DNA from: Candidatus Spongiisociaceae bacterium
GTDB lineage: Bacteria; Actinomycetota; Acidimicrobiia; Spongiisociales; Spongiisociaceae
DNA length: 64,000 nucleotides
Direction: 5' to 3'
Assembly (NCBI GenBank): GCA_965262915.1
Contig: OZ253564.1
Span: 2,656,001-2,720,000 of the forward strand
Part shown: positions 40,417-49,552 of the stretch, in pieces
Position numbering within the stretch: the first letter of the stretch is position 1
How the letters are laid out: every line of letters starts with the position of its first letter
The notes under the pieces: generated by a model
Told to the model about the DNA's origin: nothing
What the model saw: only the letters and a program-made list of their open reading frames with translations
The model's database searches: none
Translations under genes and position numbers: made by a program

Positions 40417-41550
40417 GTGGCAATCGAGAAACGAGAATCTGTCTACTGGGATCGACCCCCTGCTATCGATCTCAGGTGGGAGGTGTCGGCCCATCCCACC
40501 GCCGAAATGTGGTCCGCGATGCAAGCGGCGAAGCTGGGCATGGCAGATGTGGGCGAGGATCCGCAGGTCCGCGAATTGGAGGCTCTCGCAGCAGATCTCT
40601 CGGGCCAAGAAGCAGCGATCCTGGTCCCGACCACCACCGTCGGGAATGTACTGGCGATCCTCGGTTACGCCCCCCGTGGATCGATCGTCCTGATGGAGGA
40701 TCGGTGTCACATTCATTGGGTCGAGCAAGGGCACGTGTCTGCGTTTGCCGGCGCCACTACACAACTCATTCACGGAGACAAATTCGGCGCCATCGCGCTC
40801 GGCGCCATCGAAGCCGCGCTTACACGTAAGTATTTCGGACGCCGGCAGCCCGTTTCGATGTTGTGTCTCGAAAACACGCACAACATATGTGGCGGGACGA
40901 TACTCACTGCGGCGTACATGGCGGAGGTCGTGGACCTCTGCCACCGGTACGGAGTCACCGTTTTCGTGGACGGAGCTCGACTGTTCAATGCTGCGGTCGG
41001 ATCCGGAGTGTCCCTGGAAGAACTGGCGTCGCCGGCGGACGCCGTGGTGATCGGCTTGAGCAAGGGTCTTGCTGTGCCCTTCGGATCCCTGCTTTGCGGA
41101 ACGAGGGGGTTCGTGGATCAGGCAAAGGTCAACTATCGGCGCATCGGAGCCCTGTCCATGCACAGGGCGGGTATCTATGCGGCTGCAGGGCTCGTAGCCC
41201 TCCGAACCATGGTCGAACGGCTGGCTCAAGACCACGCTCGAGCTAGGCGACTGGCCGAAGCCGTCGGGGATATGGACGGGTTGCGGGTGGATCTGGAGAC
41301 GGTACAGACAAACCTCGTGCGCGTCGAGACGGACGAGTCTGGCTACTCAGCGGTCGAGTTCGCGAGCGCCCTTGCTGCGGAGGGGATCGCAGTACATGCA
41401 TTCGAGGAACAGGCTTTCAAGTTCGCGGTTCACGTCGATATCGACGACGCTGACATCGATGCCACGATCGACGCGACGAAGCGGGTGGTCCATGCGGCTA
41501 CGCGATCACCGTCGTCACCAGTTGAGCGGTTGACCCTCACCCGGGACTGA
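40417..41550 (+). CDS. Threonine aldolase-family PLP enzyme (divergent)
   Basis: GEDP, LENTHN..GG, DGARLFNA, LSKGLAVPFGS (PLP lysine), DHARARRLA, VQTN. Confidence 0.88.
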   Translation: MAIEKRESVYWDRPPAIDLRWEVSAHPTAEMWSAMQAAKLGMADVGEDPQVRELEALAADLSGQEAAILVPTTTVGNVLAILGYAPRGSIVLMEDRCHIHWVEQGHVSAFAGATTQLIHGDKFGAIALGAIEAALTRKYFGRRQPVSMLCLENTHNICGGTILTAAYMAEVVDLCHRYGVTVFVDGARLFNAAVGSGVSLEELASPADAVVIGLSKGLAVPFGSLLCGTRGFVDQAKVNYRRIGALSMHRAGIYAAAGLVALRTMVERLAQDHARARRLAEAVGDMDGLRVDLETVQTNLVRVETDESGYSAVEFASALAAEGIAVHAFEEQAFKFAVHVDIDDADIDATIDATKRVVHAATRSPSSPVERLTLTRD

Positions 41551-41556
41551 CATTCG

Positions 41557-42585
41557 GTGAGGATAGGACTCAGCTTGGCCACGCAGGCAGCGCCGGGCGA
41601 GGCGCCGAGCGTTCTCGTCGACCGGCTTGTAGAGCAGGTCCGTTACGCAGACCGCTGGGGCTTCGAGACGTGCGTTTTCACCGAGCACCATCAGCAACCA
41701 GACGGTTCTCTGTCATCGCCGCTGGCGGTGATGGCTGCTCTCAGTGCCGTGACGTCACGGATACGCTTGGCGACCGCCGTCCTGCTGGCACCGCTGTATG
41801 ACCCCATTCGCCTGGCGGAGGATATCGCAACGATCGACCTATTCGCGAAGGGACGCCTTGCCATCGGTGTCGGCACCGGCTACGCCGCCGTTGACTTCGA
41901 CCCCTTCGGGGTAGATCCACACGAACGAGGTATTCGCACCAACGAAACACTCGGGGTGCTTCGGCGTGCGTGGACCGGTGAGGTTTTCTCGTACCGGGGC
42001 CGATACCTGAAGTATCGGAATGTGGTCGTATCGCCCCGTCCTTTCCAGGCGGGTGGTCCACGTATCTGGGTTGGCGGGGTCGTAGAAGCATCGCTGCACA
42101 GAGCGGCTCGATTGGGAGACGGATGGATCGCACCCATCATTGCACCCATTCACGACGTGTCTCGGCTCGCGTCTCGATATCGGAAAGCGCGCCAGGAGTT
42201 CTCAGGCGACTGTGGCGAAGTAACCGTGCTCCGTGAAGGGTGGGTCGGAGCATCACGGGCGGAGGCTTCCCGAGACTACGGCGAGCCGGTACTTTCCACG
42301 CATCGGCTTTACTTCGACCTGGGTGCCTACACACGCGATTCGGGTATGGCTTCAGTTGGATCATCGAAAGATCTGACCCTTGAGGCCGTCGCGGAGGACC
42401 GATTCGTCATTGGTGCTATCGATGATGTCGTCGGGGAGCTTCGTCGCTATCGGGACGAGGTGAGCGCCGACCGGGTGATCCTCCGACTGGGCCATCCGGG
42501 TGGGCCACGGCATGAGGCCATCATGGAGGCGATCGAAATCATCGGACGTGAGGTCATCCCGCTGACCGCAGGCAACGATTGGTAA
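41557..42585 (+). CDS. LLM-class (luciferase-like) flavin/F420-dependent oxidoreductase
   Basis: TEHH, TSRIRLATAVLLAPLYDPIRLAEDIATID..KGR..GVGTGY, PRPFQ..P.IWVGG. Confidence 0.92.
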   Translation: MRIGLSLATQAAPGEAPSVLVDRLVEQVRYADRWGFETCVFTEHHQQPDGSLSSPLAVMAALSAVTSRIRLATAVLLAPLYDPIRLAEDIATIDLFAKGRLAIGVGTGYAAVDFDPFGVDPHERGIRTNETLGVLRRAWTGEVFSYRGRYLKYRNVVVSPRPFQAGGPRIWVGGVVEASLHRAARLGDGWIAPIIAPIHDVSRLASRYRKARQEFSGDCGEVTVLREGWVGASRAEASRDYGEPVLSTHRLYFDLGAYTRDSGMASVGSSKDLTLEAVAEDRFVIGAIDDVVGELRRYRDEVSADRVILRLGHPGGPRHEAIMEAIEIIGREVIPLTAGNDW

Positions 42586-42699
42586 GGAAGCATCGGGTCT
42601 CTCACTGAACGCTGCGCGGAACGATTCGAGGCATGAGCGGGCCATCTGCGTGGGTCGTTGTCGATGCTGCCGTGTCGCTGCGTAGAGTCTCCGCCCGTT

Positions 42700-42800
42700 G
42701 GTTAGGTGCTGTTCGAAATCGGGCGGTCGATCGCACTAAGGGCTGCCTAACCTCCATGATCTCTTCGAGTGCTTGCTGTCTGGTCGGGAAGGGATCGACG
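42700..42800 (-). mobile_element. Possible IS3-family transposase C-terminal remnant
   Basis: Minus-strand fragments PFPTRQQALEEI and (S)PPDFEQH resemble F.TR..A...I...SP..FE; heavily decayed. Confidence 0.35.
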
Positions 42801-42861
42801 ACGTGTCAGCCCGGGTCGGCGGCTTGGTCTGATCCGTCATCAGGCGGCCGGTAACGTCCCT

Positions 42862-43182
42862 CTACACGGTCCCGTCGGTGGGACCGTGTAGGGATGCGTA
42901 GTAGGCGGCCACGGCTTCCCAGCGGCGGCGCTTCTCGATACGGACGATCACGCGCGAGATCACCCGCACGCCCACGGTCACAAGCAACAGACCGAGGCAG
43001 ATGCGGAGCGCCAGAGCCGGTCCCGCCGCGAACGCCGTATCGCATCCCGCCAGCCCACCCTCGCACAGCCCGTATCCCGTGCCGTCGGTGAGGAGATCGA
43101 TCAGTATGGCGGGCGGTATGACGGCCAGCAGCAGGGCGACCAGGATCAGGATCCCACGGAGGGTCTTCAGCAGCGCGACCAC
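42862..43182 (-). CDS. Small two-TM membrane protein
   Basis: Two hydrophobic helices flanking the loop GTGYGLCEGGLAGC (Cys pair); host-like codon usage. Confidence 0.65.
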   Translation of the reverse strand: MVALLKTLRGILILVALLLAVIPPAILIDLLTDGTGYGLCEGGLAGCDTAFAAGPALALRICLGLLLVTVGVRVISRVIVRIEKRRRWEAVAAYYASLHGPTDGTV

Positions 43183-43251
43183 GACGGCATTTTAGAGGTG
43201 GTTCCGCCGCTCAGCCGCGCAGCGGTATGTCCGCAGCCGTCCCCCTCACCC

Positions 43252-44133
43252 CTAACCCTCGTCGTCCTGCGCGGCGAAGATCGAGTCGTACCCGCCCGAC
43301 CAGTCGGGTGGGATCAGGCACGGGCGAGGGTCGTGGTGTGCCCAGCGGGCCGGCCGGCCGCGGATAACCTTCCCGGTGTTGCGGGTCGGCTGCGGGTGGG
43401 CCGTGTAGGGGAACGCGTCGGCCGATGCGTAGGCGTTGAGCAGCAGCGGTCTGCCGCTGGCCTTGCCGGTGGGGGGCGAACCGTGGACCGTGCGGCAGTT
43501 GTGGACGGTGATCGACCCGGCCGGCCCCGTCAGGTAGGCGACGCTGTCGCCGTCGACTGCGGCGCCGTCCTCGGACGAGAGGCACCCCACCCAGTTACCG
43601 GCCCGGTCGTACTGGTCGTGGAGCGGGCCGTCGTGGCTGCCCGGCACCACCATCAGGGGACCGTCGTCCATACCGGTGTCGGCTAGATAGGTGCCGATGG
43701 TCAGCGGGCTGTAGTTGGTGTGGGGGTAGAACTGGATGTCCTGGTGCCACTTGACATCGTCGGACCCGGCATCCCATTTGAAGTTGAGCTTTGAGTGGTG
43801 GAAGACCACGTCGGCACCTACCAGGTCGGCGGCCACGTCGGCGATGAGCCCGGTGGCGAACTCCCAGTATGTCTCGTGCTGGCGGTCCGGCATCTTGATG
43901 CGCCGGATCTTCGGGGAGTCGCTGCTGTGGCCGTCCGCCACGTCGAAATCGCCATCGGATGCGGTGACCCCCCGGCTCCGGTCCACGAAGGAGGCGGTGA
44001 CCTCGTTGAGCCTCTCGATCCATTCGTCGGAGATCAGGGATTCGACGGTCACGTAACCGTTCTCGAAATAGGATTGCCGCTGGTCCTGGGTCAATACCCG
44101 CGGAGGCTCGGCCAGTATCTGTTCCGGTGTCAT
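43252..44133 (-). CDS. Phytanoyl-CoA dioxygenase (PhyH)-family Fe/2OG dioxygenase
   Basis: HHSKLNFK, WHQD, GPLMVVPGSH, AGSITVH..TVHGS. Confidence 0.92.
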   Translation of the reverse strand: MTPEQILAEPPRVLTQDQRQSYFENGYVTVESLISDEWIERLNEVTASFVDRSRGVTASDGDFDVADGHSSDSPKIRRIKMPDRQHETYWEFATGLIADVAADLVGADVVFHHSKLNFKWDAGSDDVKWHQDIQFYPHTNYSPLTIGTYLADTGMDDGPLMVVPGSHDGPLHDQYDRAGNWVGCLSSEDGAAVDGDSVAYLTGPAGSITVHNCRTVHGSPPTGKASGRPLLLNAYASADAFPYTAHPQPTRNTGKVIRGRPARWAHHDPRPCLIPPDWSGGYDSIFAAQDDEG

Positions 44134-44162
44134 GTCGGTCGTCCTGGGCTAGCGGTTCGGTG

Positions 44163-44960
44163 TCATACGGCTACCGGCGCCCGGATCGCCGGATAGGGGT
44201 CGTAACCGAGCACCCGGAAGTCCTGGTAGGAGAATGAGTATAGGTCGCGGGGCTCGGCGGGGAGTTCCAGGCGCGGCAGGGGCCGGGGCGCCCTCTCCAG
44301 CTGCCGGGTGGCCTGCTCGAAGTGGTTCCGGTACAGATGGACATCCCCGAACGTATGGATGAACTCCCCCGCCCGCAGGCCGGTCACCTTGGCCACCATC
44401 ATCAACAGGAGCGAGTACGAAGCCATGTTGAAAGGCACCCCGAGGAAGATGTCGGCGCTGCGCTGGTACAGCTGGAGGCTCAGCCGGTCACCTGTCACGT
44501 AGAACTGGAACAGAACGTGGCAGGGCGGCAGTGCCATATCGGGGAGGTCCGATACGTTCCAGGCCGACACGACCAGGCGGCGCGAGTTCGGGTCCGTCCC
44601 GATCCGCCTCACCACGTCGGTCAACTGGTCGATGGTCTCCCCGTCGGCGCCCGTCCAGGAACGCCACTGCACGCCGTAGACAGGCCCCAGGTCGCCGGTG
44701 ACGGGATCGGCCCACTCGTCCCAGATCCTGACCCCGTGATCGTTCAGGTAGCGCACGTTGGAGTCCCCCGCCAGGAACCAGAGCAGTTCGTGTATGACCG
44801 AGCGGACGTGCACCTTCTTGGTGGTGAGGAGCGGGAGTCCCTCGTCGAGGTCGAAGCGCAACTGGCGACCGAACAGGCTGTACGTGCCCACGCCCGTCCG
44901 GTCGTCCTTGGGGATCCCGTGGTCCCTGATCTCCCTGAGCAAGTCGAGGTACTGACGCAT
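44163..44960 (-). CDS. thyA: Thymidylate synthase
   Basis: [51 protein letters not shown]. Confidence 0.98.
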   Translation of the reverse strand: MRQYLDLLREIRDHGIPKDDRTGVGTYSLFGRQLRFDLDEGLPLLTTKKVHVRSVIHELLWFLAGDSNVRYLNDHGVRIWDEWADPVTGDLGPVYGVQWRSWTGADGETIDQLTDVVRRIGTDPNSRRLVVSAWNVSDLPDMALPPCHVLFQFYVTGDRLSLQLYQRSADIFLGVPFNMASYSLLLMMVAKVTGLRAGEFIHTFGDVHLYRNHFEQATRQLERAPRPLPRLELPAEPRDLYSFSYQDFRVLGYDPYPAIRAPVAV

Positions 44961-45044
44961 CGTGCCTCCGAATCACATGACTGTAACAAACATAGTCCCG
45001 TCGTGGGCCCGGCGGAGGAAATCCGGACCCTTCCCTACCTCATA

Positions 45045-45785
45045 TCAGAATGCGCTGGACTCCGTCCACCGTTCCAGTACCGCCGGATCGCCCTCGACGT
45101 GGAGGTTCCCGAGCGGGGTACGGCTCCAGAGGTAGGGGTACAGGTCGGCCGCGGCGCCCGACACCGTGCAGTCCGCCTCACCGAGCCCCCTCCGGCCGTG
45201 GGCTGTCTTCGGTCCGAACGTGGTGGTCCAGCCTCGATCCACGTCGGTGGCCGACACCCCCAGCGTCATGTTCCCGGGGGCGCTGGGAAAGCGGTCCGGA
45301 CGGCTGATGAACCAGACCACCAACTCGTCGATCCCGTCGGCCGCGTGCATCGGGTCGAACCCGGAGAGGGTGCCTGCCGCCAGTTCCGTATCGACCCGAT
45401 GGATCGAGGTCTCGTGCGCCTGGCGCCGGGCCCAGAAGTCCCGCGGCGAGGATGCGCCCATGATGGTCCAGCACCGCAGGTCCGGTGGAGCGTTCTCGAA
45501 GGCCGCGATCAGGAGTTCGTGGCCCTCCCGGAACCAGTCGGCCAGCCCGGCGTCGGAGGGCCATCCCGCGGGAAGGATCTCTTGGAGGTCGGCCGGGGGT
45601 TCGGGGCGTCCTTCCGAGATCATCAACCCCGCCCAGCGATGGACGCGGCCGGTGTGGTGCACCAGGTCGCGTACCGACCAATCGGGACAGCTGGGCACGG
45701 GCACGTCGGGGTTGACCTGCTCGGTGGCGTCGGCCATCCGCACCCCCTCCCTGCGGAGAGCATGGATCCAGGTTGTGAAGTCCAC
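45045..45785 (-). CDS. Mycothiol-dependent maleylpyruvate isomerase-family (MDMPI/DinB-like) protein
   Basis: VPSCPDWSVRDLVHH...HRWA, FWARRQAHETSIHRVD, AADGIDE. Confidence 0.9.
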   Translation of the reverse strand: MDFTTWIHALRREGVRMADATEQVNPDVPVPSCPDWSVRDLVHHTGRVHRWAGLMISEGRPEPPADLQEILPAGWPSDAGLADWFREGHELLIAAFENAPPDLRCWTIMGASSPRDFWARRQAHETSIHRVDTELAAGTLSGFDPMHAADGIDELVVWFISRPDRFPSAPGNMTLGVSATDVDRGWTTTFGPKTAHGRRGLGEADCTVSGAAADLYPYLWSRTPLGNLHVEGDPAVLERWTESSAF

Positions 45786-45789
45786 GGGG

Positions 45790-46005
45790 CTACCCGCCCG
45801 CCAGTGGGATTCGCAACACCAGATGGTCGTCCTCGACCGACCAGGCCGCGCCCCCGACCAGCGCGAAGTCGGTGTAATCGAGTTGCGCCTGCTCGATTAA
45901 GGCTCGCCTACCCTCCCCCGCCACGGGAGGCAGGCCCCGCTTACTCACCGCCTCGGCCCGGCCACGGAACCTCTCGAGCATCGCGTCGATATCCAACTGT
46001 GCCAC
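45790..46005 (-). CDS. Small hypothetical protein (71 aa)
   Basis: GTG start after a GGAAGGA RBS: MAQLDIDAMLERFRGRAEAV..RGLPPVAG..LVLRIPL; coupled to the downstream gene. Confidence 0.7.
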   Translation of the reverse strand: MAQLDIDAMLERFRGRAEAVSKRGLPPVAGEGRRALIEQAQLDYTDFALVGGAAWSVEDDHLVLRIPLAGG

Positions 46006-46297
46006 GGTCGTCCTTCCTGCTCGTTTGGGACCAAGAGTAGAACAGCCGTGGACATGGGGTGAATCCGATCGGCGGAAGGTGCATATACGAGAGGACTTCA
46101 ATCGTGGCGGTCCTCGGCCCTGACACGATCGATGGGGTTCGTACCAACGATCGGTCTCCTCGAATCGATGGTCCTGGACAAGGGGGGCCGTACCGTCGAT
46201 ACCAGGCTTATGGTAACGAAACGTACACCAGTGATCACAGATGTTAAACATCGGCTCGACTACGGACCCGGACACCGTGAACAGGAGGATGCGGCCA

Positions 46298-46472
46298 TGA
46301 CGGTAGTGGCGAATCCCTCGTCGACGCCAAGGACGAGGCCCGCCAAGCCGAAGCACGAGTCGATATCGCGGAGTCGGTCAACGCCATCGAACGTCGGATG
46401 ATCCAGATCGCCTTCTGGATCATCGGATTCAACCTGGCTATGGCCGGGCTCATCATTGCCGTGCTCCGCTAG
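46298..46472 (+). pseudogene. Frameshifted small coiled-coil / C-terminal TM protein remnant
   Basis: AGGAGG plus ATG at 46298 is out of frame with ...RVDIAESVNAIERRMIQIAFWIIGFNLAMAGLIIAVLR*. Confidence 0.4.
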
Positions 46473-46490
46473 CAGTGATGCGGGGTTCCC

Positions 46491-46605
46491 CCAGGGCTAA
46501 GGCAACCGGGCGCTACCGGCTGGGCTTGACGAACCGGCGGGACCGCACGCCCGGTCCCGGCTGGTACCGGAGCAGCCCCGCGGTAGCCGGCCCTGCGACC
46601 CTTGG
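46491..46605. repeat. Long imperfect nested inverted repeat (REP/terminator-like)
   Basis: GCTACCG (46512) / CGGTAGC (46581) and GGGACCG (46539) / CGGTCCC (46552), plus flanking pairings. Confidence 0.55.
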
Positions 46606-46641
46606 CCCGCTCACGAACCGGCTTCGCCTCTGGCCGCCGTG

Positions 46642-46809
46642 TCATACTTCCTTCTTGACCAGGATGCCTTCGATGCGGGCTACCCGCTCAGAGAGTTCCT
46701 GCACCTTATCAGCGAGCCGATCCCGCCGGTTGAGAACCACCACTACCAAGGCAATAACCGTAGGACCGACCGCTCCAAATACCGAACTGAACTCTGCCCA
46801 GTCAATCAC
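46642..46809 (-). CDS. 55-aa membrane / coiled-coil micro-protein (absent from the ORF track)
   Basis: MIDWAEFSSVFGAVGPTVIALVVVVLNRRDRLADKVQELSERVARIEGILVKKEV*, with a purine-rich RBS before the GTG. Confidence 0.6.
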   Translation of the reverse strand: MIDWAEFSSVFGAVGPTVIALVVVVLNRRDRLADKVQELSERVARIEGILVKKEV

Positions 46810-47031
46810 GGTTCTTCTCTTTCCTCTACTATCCTATTCTAACAATACTCCTCCACTCTGCCGACTAGGTATGTAGCTGCCCTGAAGAACCTCCCCTTGG
46901 CCCGACGGTCGATGGAAGGAATGCCAGCTCAGCGGACGGCGGGCCAACCGTTTTCACCGTTTTCCCAGCACCCTCGTAGCCACAGCACTTGGATTCGAAA
47001 ACCCGACCGCTCTCCGCCGTCACGCCAGCAC

Positions 47032-48156
47032 TCATGCTCCCCCGCTCCCCGGGCCGATGACCGGACGCCTGAGCGGATCGGGTACCCGGGGACGCCTCTC
47101 CGGACTCGGTAGGGGTAGCCGCTCTCCCGCCACGTAATAGCGGCCCCGTCGTTCTCCCACCGCACCGAGGAATCCGAGCCGTACCAGTCTGGTGAGGTCG
47201 GAAGTCGCCACCCGTTCGCTGACATCGGCGTAGGCGACGTGATCGTGTCTGCGGATCCGGTATCCCACCGCGGCGTTGTACAGAGATCCCATGTTTCTCT
47301 CGTGCAGGCCTGCGTCGGTCCTGGCGCGATCGATGAGCCCCCACAGACGATCGGCCTCTTCAACTCTCCAGGCCATCAAGTGGACCTGGCAATGATGTGC
47401 GGTGAGAACGAACCTGATCCAGGGGCGGGCGTCCCGGTCCGGGCTCCAGCGGGTGCCCCCGACTTCGGCCAACACCTGGTAGTAGGCAGGTGTGTTGCGT
47501 CCCAGGTATTCCTCGATGCTGGAGAAGCGCGGGTCGAGCGGGCCGTCGCGTCCGAGGACGAGGGTCTGAAGCGCGCGCGACATCCGACCGTTCCCGTCCT
47601 TGAAAGGGTGGATCATCAGCAGGTTCAGGTGCGCCATTGCCGCCCGGACCAGCACCGGAGCATTGTCGGCGGGATCGTTCAAGAACATGATGAGTTCGCG
47701 AACCAGATCGGGCGCGATCTCCGGGTCCGGACCCTCGTAGGCGCCCACGAAGATAGGGTCTGGTCGGTAGAGGCCGGGTAGACACCCCCGGTCGTGTTTC
47801 ATCATCATGTAGTGGATGCTCCGGATCACCCCGTCGCTGTAGGTGAAGTGGGGGTCCGAGACAAGCTGAATGATGTAGTCCATAGCGTCGCGGTAACCCC
47901 GGACCGCCTCCCAGTCGTGGCCGGTCGCCTCGAAGGGTTCTGTCCCGTCCACGGCCGCGGTGGCGTCGTCATGGCTCACGTGGTGCCCTTCAATGCCGGT
48001 GGAGGCGCGTATGTTTCCGGCGGCCACCGACCTCCGCAGTAGGCCTTGCCAACGGGGTGGCTCGTACAGCAGGTGCTGGAGACGGCGCCGGACTTCATTG
48101 ATAGAGTCGATCACCTCGAGCTCCTGGCCATCGAGCGAAGGTGCTTGAAACAACAT
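47032..48156 (-). CDS. Fic-family protein
   Basis: HPFKDGNGRMSR Fic motif; ASTGIEG resembles the autoinhibitory (S/T)xxxE(G/N) motif; C-terminal wHTH-like region. Confidence 0.93.
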   Translation of the reverse strand: MLFQAPSLDGQELEVIDSINEVRRRLQHLLYEPPRWQGLLRRSVAAGNIRASTGIEGHHVSHDDATAAVDGTEPFEATGHDWEAVRGYRDAMDYIIQLVSDPHFTYSDGVIRSIHYMMMKHDRGCLPGLYRPDPIFVGAYEGPDPEIAPDLVRELIMFLNDPADNAPVLVRAAMAHLNLLMIHPFKDGNGRMSRALQTLVLGRDGPLDPRFSSIEEYLGRNTPAYYQVLAEVGGTRWSPDRDARPWIRFVLTAHHCQVHLMAWRVEEADRLWGLIDRARTDAGLHERNMGSLYNAAVGYRIRRHDHVAYADVSERVATSDLTRLVRLGFLGAVGERRGRYYVAGERLPLPSPERRPRVPDPLRRPVIGPGSGGA

Positions 48157-48293
48157 TTCTGTAATTCCTTGGTAAAGCGAACTTCTTCTTATAATAAGAG
48201 AACTAGCCGGTCTATCCAACCTGTGGCTTCGGTTCGTGGGAGTTCAGGATCCCGAGGCGGTTTGTCGAGCTCCCGCCTCGCGGGCGAACACCG

Positions 48294-49433
48294 TCAGTTT
48301 GTTTCGGGTTCCTGCGGGCTCTCCATCGGTGGGGCCGTCGTCTCCTCCGGATGGGGCTGATCGAGATTCGACTCCTCAACCTGATGGCGCTCGACGTAGG
48401 TGGACACGAAGGCCTGGGTGATGGCGGCCGCCGGCAGGGCCACCAGCGCTCCGACGGTTCCCACGAGAGCCGCGCCGACGAGCACGGAGCCGAACGCCAC
48501 CGCCGGATGAAGCGACATCGTCCGGGCTGTGATTCGGGGAGACAGAACCAGGTTCTCTATCTGCTGGTACGCGACCAGAACCACGATCACCACCAGGGCC
48601 GTGATCGGTTTGACCGTGAGGGCCACCAGTACGGGCACCACCGCTGCCAGGTAGGTTCCCACCGCCGGAACGAACTGGGATACCACCCCCACCCAGATTG
48701 CCAGGGCAAGAGCGTACGGAACGCCGATTATCAGCAGCGCCACGTAGGTGAAGACCGCGGAGATCAGGGCGAGCAGAGCGCGGGAATACACGTATCCGCC
48801 GGTCTTCTGGATGGCGATCTCCCAGATCCGGACCACCTCGGCCTGGCGTTCGGGGCGGACCAGTGACAGGACCAGGCGACGGAATCGGGGTCCGTCCGCC
48901 AGCAGGTAGAACGTGAAGAGGGCCATCGTGAAGAGCTGCAGCAGGAGCCCCAGCACCTTGCTGCCGATCCCCAGGATGCCGCTGGCCAGGGACGTGGCGT
49001 ACTTCTCGAGAACGCCTTGAAGATCGATGACATCCGATGACAGGTTCGAAAGGTCCATGTCGATTCCGAACCGCTCGGTGAGGAACTCGCTCACCGTTCT
49101 GAGCCAGTTGGGAATGTTGGACGCCAGGGATGCCATCTCGGTGACGAGGGGAGGGAGGGTGATGGCCATGAAGAGCAGCCCGGCGAGCACCGAGACGGAG
49201 AACACGACGCCGGTCGCCACGCCTCGCCGCCAGCCCCGCCTGGCCAGGAAGGTGACGCCGGGTTCCAGTGCGAAGGATATGAAGAACGAGAGCACCAAGG
49301 TGAGCAGGAGGCTGCGCAACCGACCGAGTGACCACACGAGAGCGTAGGTGCCGAGGAATGTCAGTACCACCAAGCCGAGCAGCCGAGGGATCCACGGGGG
49401 CATACCGTCGTGGCGGACGGTGGCTTCTTCCAT
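48294..49433 (-). CDS. AI-2E (PerM)-family transporter
   Basis: FTFYLLADG, QFVPAVG, YQQIENLVLSPR, LHPAV. Confidence 0.9.
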   Translation of the reverse strand: MEEATVRHDGMPPWIPRLLGLVVLTFLGTYALVWSLGRLRSLLLTLVLSFFISFALEPGVTFLARRGWRRGVATGVVFSVSVLAGLLFMAITLPPLVTEMASLASNIPNWLRTVSEFLTERFGIDMDLSNLSSDVIDLQGVLEKYATSLASGILGIGSKVLGLLLQLFTMALFTFYLLADGPRFRRLVLSLVRPERQAEVVRIWEIAIQKTGGYVYSRALLALISAVFTYVALLIIGVPYALALAIWVGVVSQFVPAVGTYLAAVVPVLVALTVKPITALVVIVVLVAYQQIENLVLSPRITARTMSLHPAVAFGSVLVGAALVGTVGALVALPAAAITQAFVSTYVERHQVEESNLDQPHPEETTAPPMESPQEPETN

Positions 49434-49552
49434 GGATGCGAGCCTAGTGGGCGCCTACCTGCTTCCCCGGCTTGGTGGTGCAGATGAAGGGAGCGGCGCC
49501 GATAGAGTAGGGACACCACACATCCGGCACCGAGAACAGGGAATCCCTTCAC

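Noticed and set aside
46491-46605. Integron attC site
   Set aside because: It lacks RYYYAAC/GTTRRRY ends, and no integrase is present.
46940-47030. tRNA-like TTCGAATCC on the minus strand
   Set aside because: No cloverleaf, acceptor stem or D-arm could be built.
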